This document shows, one piece after another, positions 61,667 through 64,000 of a DNA stretch of 64,000 nt; the first letter of the stretch is position 1; every line of letters starts with the position of its first letter. The translations under genes were made by a program, and so were the position numbers. The notes under the pieces are model-generated. The model did not search any database. It was not told where the DNA came from and saw only the letters and a list, made by a program, of their open reading frames with translations. Origin of the DNA: a virus; IMG/VR virus record IMGVR_UViG_3300028581_000028, positions 20,314 through 84,313 of that record. One strand, written 5' to 3'.

Positions 61667-62341
61667 TTATTTAAAATCAATTCTTAATTGGCTTTTAAAA
61701 TCTGTAAACCGCTTCTCTTGGGCATCATAGTAATCTTTATCAAGCTCAAAGCCAACAAATTCAAGACCAGCCATATAACAAGCTATGCGACTACTTCCAC
61801 TTCCAACGTGAGTGTCGAGAATTTTATCGCTCTCTTTAGCATAATTATCAAGTATCCATCTATATAACGTAACGGGTTTTTGGGTAGGATGTATCCTTTT
61901 TTCCTTAATTTTCATATTTTCTTGCAACATCCCAGCCCATTTGTGTTTTACTTTTCTTACTGCAGTATTGAACGAAGTCCACGCAAGTTCGCAATCGGCA
62001 AAATCTGTACCGCCATTATCTTTATCCCAAACAATCCAACACGAACTATCAAACGGAATCTTGCTTATAAAATGGTTTGCTCCGAAAATTATTTGATTTT
62101 TAGAAACCCTCATCAGTTCTTTAAAAAACTCCTCGCTTGGTGCTGATTTATCCCAATCCTTTTTTAAATAATCGATTTTTTTAGCAACACCTCCTCCCTT
62201 GCCTTGCCCTTGATTATTTATGTCGATTCCATACGGGGGATCTATAATAGCCAGATCAAATAACTTGTCCGCATACATCTCTATGCCTCGTAAACAGTCC
62301 ACATTAAAAACTCGATTATCGTAATATCCTTGTTTTAGCAT
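61667..62341 (-). CDS. N6/N4 DNA methyltransferase (beta class)
   Basis: IDPPY, HPTQKP, LDTHVGSGS. Confidence 0.9.
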   Translation of the reverse strand: MLKQGYYDNRVFNVDCLRGIEMYADKLFDLAIIDPPYGIDINNQGQGKGGGVAKKIDYLKKDWDKSAPSEEFFKELMRVSKNQIIFGANHFISKIPFDSSCWIVWDKDNGGTDFADCELAWTSFNTAVRKVKHKWAGMLQENMKIKEKRIHPTQKPVTLYRWILDNYAKESDKILDTHVGSGSSRIACYMAGLEFVGFELDKDYYDAQEKRFTDFKSQLRIDFK

Positions 62342-62539
62342 AATTCTTTATTTAAAATATATAAACTTAACATCCTCCGCATTTTAGCTTTTCGGCTTTT
62401 GTGATCTTTAGAAGGTCTACTATGTTTTAGACCACACGCACAAGGAATTGGCAGTTTTGTAACCCCAAATTTACCAGTTGATGTACAATCAAATGGGTAA
62501 TCTTTTTTCTTAACTCCGTAAGGTTTCATATTTTATAAA

Positions 62540-63172
62540 TTAAAAGTCCATTTTTAACTGACTTTTATGAAAATTAAACTGCCTTTTGCCAGTTTCAAAA
62601 TATTTTTTATCAATCTCGCAAATATCGAGGTTAAAGCCCTCTATATCACAAGCAATCGCAATACTCATACTCCCCCCGTGAGTATCCAATATTTTATAAT
62701 TTGGCTTACCAAAGCGTTTTAACTGCCATCTATACAAATAAATTGGCTTTTGTGTTGGATGTATTCGTTCTATTCCATCTTTTGCATTTGCCCCAACCCA
62801 GCTTTTGTTAATCTTTCGCAAAGTTCCAGCGAAACTCGTCCACGCAAGTTCGCCATCGGCAAAATCATTATCCCCAGTTCCTTTATCCCAAAAAAGCCAA
62901 GCTCCCGTTGGTTTTAAAAACTCGGTCATATAATTACCTCCCCATACGATCTGGTTTCGAGATACACGAAATAACTGATCCCAATATTCTTGAGTTGGAA
63001 TTGCATTATCCCAATCGGCTTCTCCCCGATAAATTCTTTTTCCAGTACCGAGAGTCATTTTATTTACCCCGATTCCATAAGGGGGATCGTCAATCGCTAT
63101 ATCATAGCAATTGTCTGGCTTCCCCCTCATAAATTCAATACAATCACAGTTAAAAAAATTAATTTTTGGCAT
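62540..63172 (-). CDS. N6/N4 DNA methyltransferase (beta class)
   Basis: DDPPY, HPTQKP, LDTHGGSMS. Confidence 0.9.
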   Translation of the reverse strand: MPKINFFNCDCIEFMRGKPDNCYDIAIDDPPYGIGVNKMTLGTGKRIYRGEADWDNAIPTQEYWDQLFRVSRNQIVWGGNYMTEFLKPTGAWLFWDKGTGDNDFADGELAWTSFAGTLRKINKSWVGANAKDGIERIHPTQKPIYLYRWQLKRFGKPNYKILDTHGGSMSIAIACDIEGFNLDICEIDKKYFETGKRQFNFHKSQLKMDF

Positions 63173-63203
63173 ACTTATTCGTTTTTATTTTAATTTTTCA
63201 CTC

Positions 63204-64000
63204 TTAACTCGTTAAGGATTTTAACATTATAGCAAATTGATCTGGAGTTATTAGCTTTTTCTCAAGCATATCCATCGCTTTTGTCAACGCTTTCGCTTGT
63301 TCCTCCCTTGCTCTTGCCTTTGCAATCTCAACATCTTTATCTTTTTCAGTTGGTTCGGCTGGTTTTGTTGGAGCTTCGGCTGGTGGCTTTGGTTGTTCGG
63401 CTGGTGGTTCTGGTGGTTTTTTACCTTGATCCTCTGGTTTTGTTGGGGGAACTGGGATTTTTGTTTCGCATTCTTTTTGCCTTCCATCTGTTTTAACCTC
63501 GTAATTTACATAGGTAATCCAGTCGGTTTCAGATATTTCAAAGTATGCTGGTGGGCTATCTGTATAATAAAGCCGAAGATATTTGTGCATATTTTGTTTG
63601 TAATACTCCAGCATCTCCTCCTTCATCCCTTTAAACTCAAACTTTTCTCTCCCGTCATCAAAATACACCCCGATCATAACTCCTTCAAATGTAGGATCGC
63701 CCAATAATTTATCGGCAAAATCAAAAAATCCAAAACAGTCTGGAAAAACTTTAACATTACCGCCCTCCACATAAATAAAATAAAGTTGATCGATATTGTT
63801 TTCGACTTGTTTTATTGGATCGTTTAGAGTTGCTTTGTTAATAATACTGGCAAAGTGATTAAACTTTACCCCCAGTTTTTTCCCATTCTCACGGCAATAT
63901 TTACTTAAGATTTTTTGAACAAGTCGATATCGTGGAACTGGCTTATTTGGATCAGATGTGCCTCTTCCCTTTGTTTTACGGGGACTTCCGCCCTTTTTCT
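63204..64000 (-). CDS. Hypothetical protein with Pro-rich linker (5' end outside window)
   Basis: The frame of ORF 63204..63770 stays open to the window edge. Confidence 0.65.
   Translation of the reverse strand, partial: KKGGSPRKTKGRGTSDPNKPVPRYRLVQKILSKYCRENGKKLGVKFNHFASIINKATLNDPIKQVENNIDQLYFIYVEGGNVKVFPDCFGFFDFADKLLGDPTFEGVMIGVYFDDGREKFEFKGMKEEMLEYYKQNMHKYLRLYYTDSPPAYFEISETDWITYVNYEVKTDGRQKECETKIPVPPTKPEDQGKKPPEPPAEQPKPPAEAPTKPAEPTEKDKDVEIAKARAREEQAKALTKAMDMLEKKLITPDQFAIMLKSLTS

Noticed and set aside
1-64000. Integron integrase or other tyrosine recombinase
   Set aside because: No ORF shows an R...H-x-x-R...Y arrangement; if one exists it is outside the window.
1-64000. Stop-codon reassignment (as in some crAss-like or Lak phages)
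   Set aside because: Long genes are intact under code 11, and TAG/TGA terminate genes at sensible positions.
1-64000. tRNA or rRNA genes
   Set aside because: No cloverleaf or rRNA-like segment was recognised by eye; tRNAscan-SE would be needed to exclude them.

Overview
A 64-kb AT-rich segment of a large double-stranded DNA phage, probably infecting Bacteroidota. The host call rests on TAnnTTTG/TTG promoters, A-rich starts without Shine-Dalgarno sequences, and DUF3127- and BT0820-like genes. Almost all genes lie on the minus strand. 4.5-22 kb holds membrane proteins and large probable virion-internal or polyvalent proteins (LPD23/zincin protein, VWA-like partner plus MoxR/CbbQ-type AAA+ ATPase, strawberry-notch-type SF2 helicase). 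22-54 kb is mostly small accessory genes plus replication and nucleic-acid functions (DnaB, DnaQ-like exonuclease, RusA, two PAPS-reductase-family genes, DUF5131, an Acb2/Tad1-like protein). The standout is 54.28-58.32 kb, an array of six integron-like gene cassettes. Each is closed by a 93-131 bp attC-like hairpin (NNNTAAC...GTTANNN) and bounded by its own 14-16 bp inverted repeat. All six cargo genes are inverted relative to the attC top strand, two start inside their attC loop, and four encode DNA methyltransferases. No integrase is present in the window. Five more methyltransferases lie outside the array (nine in total), along with a minimal family-B polymerase-like protein. All family assignments come from motif recognition by eye, not database searches.
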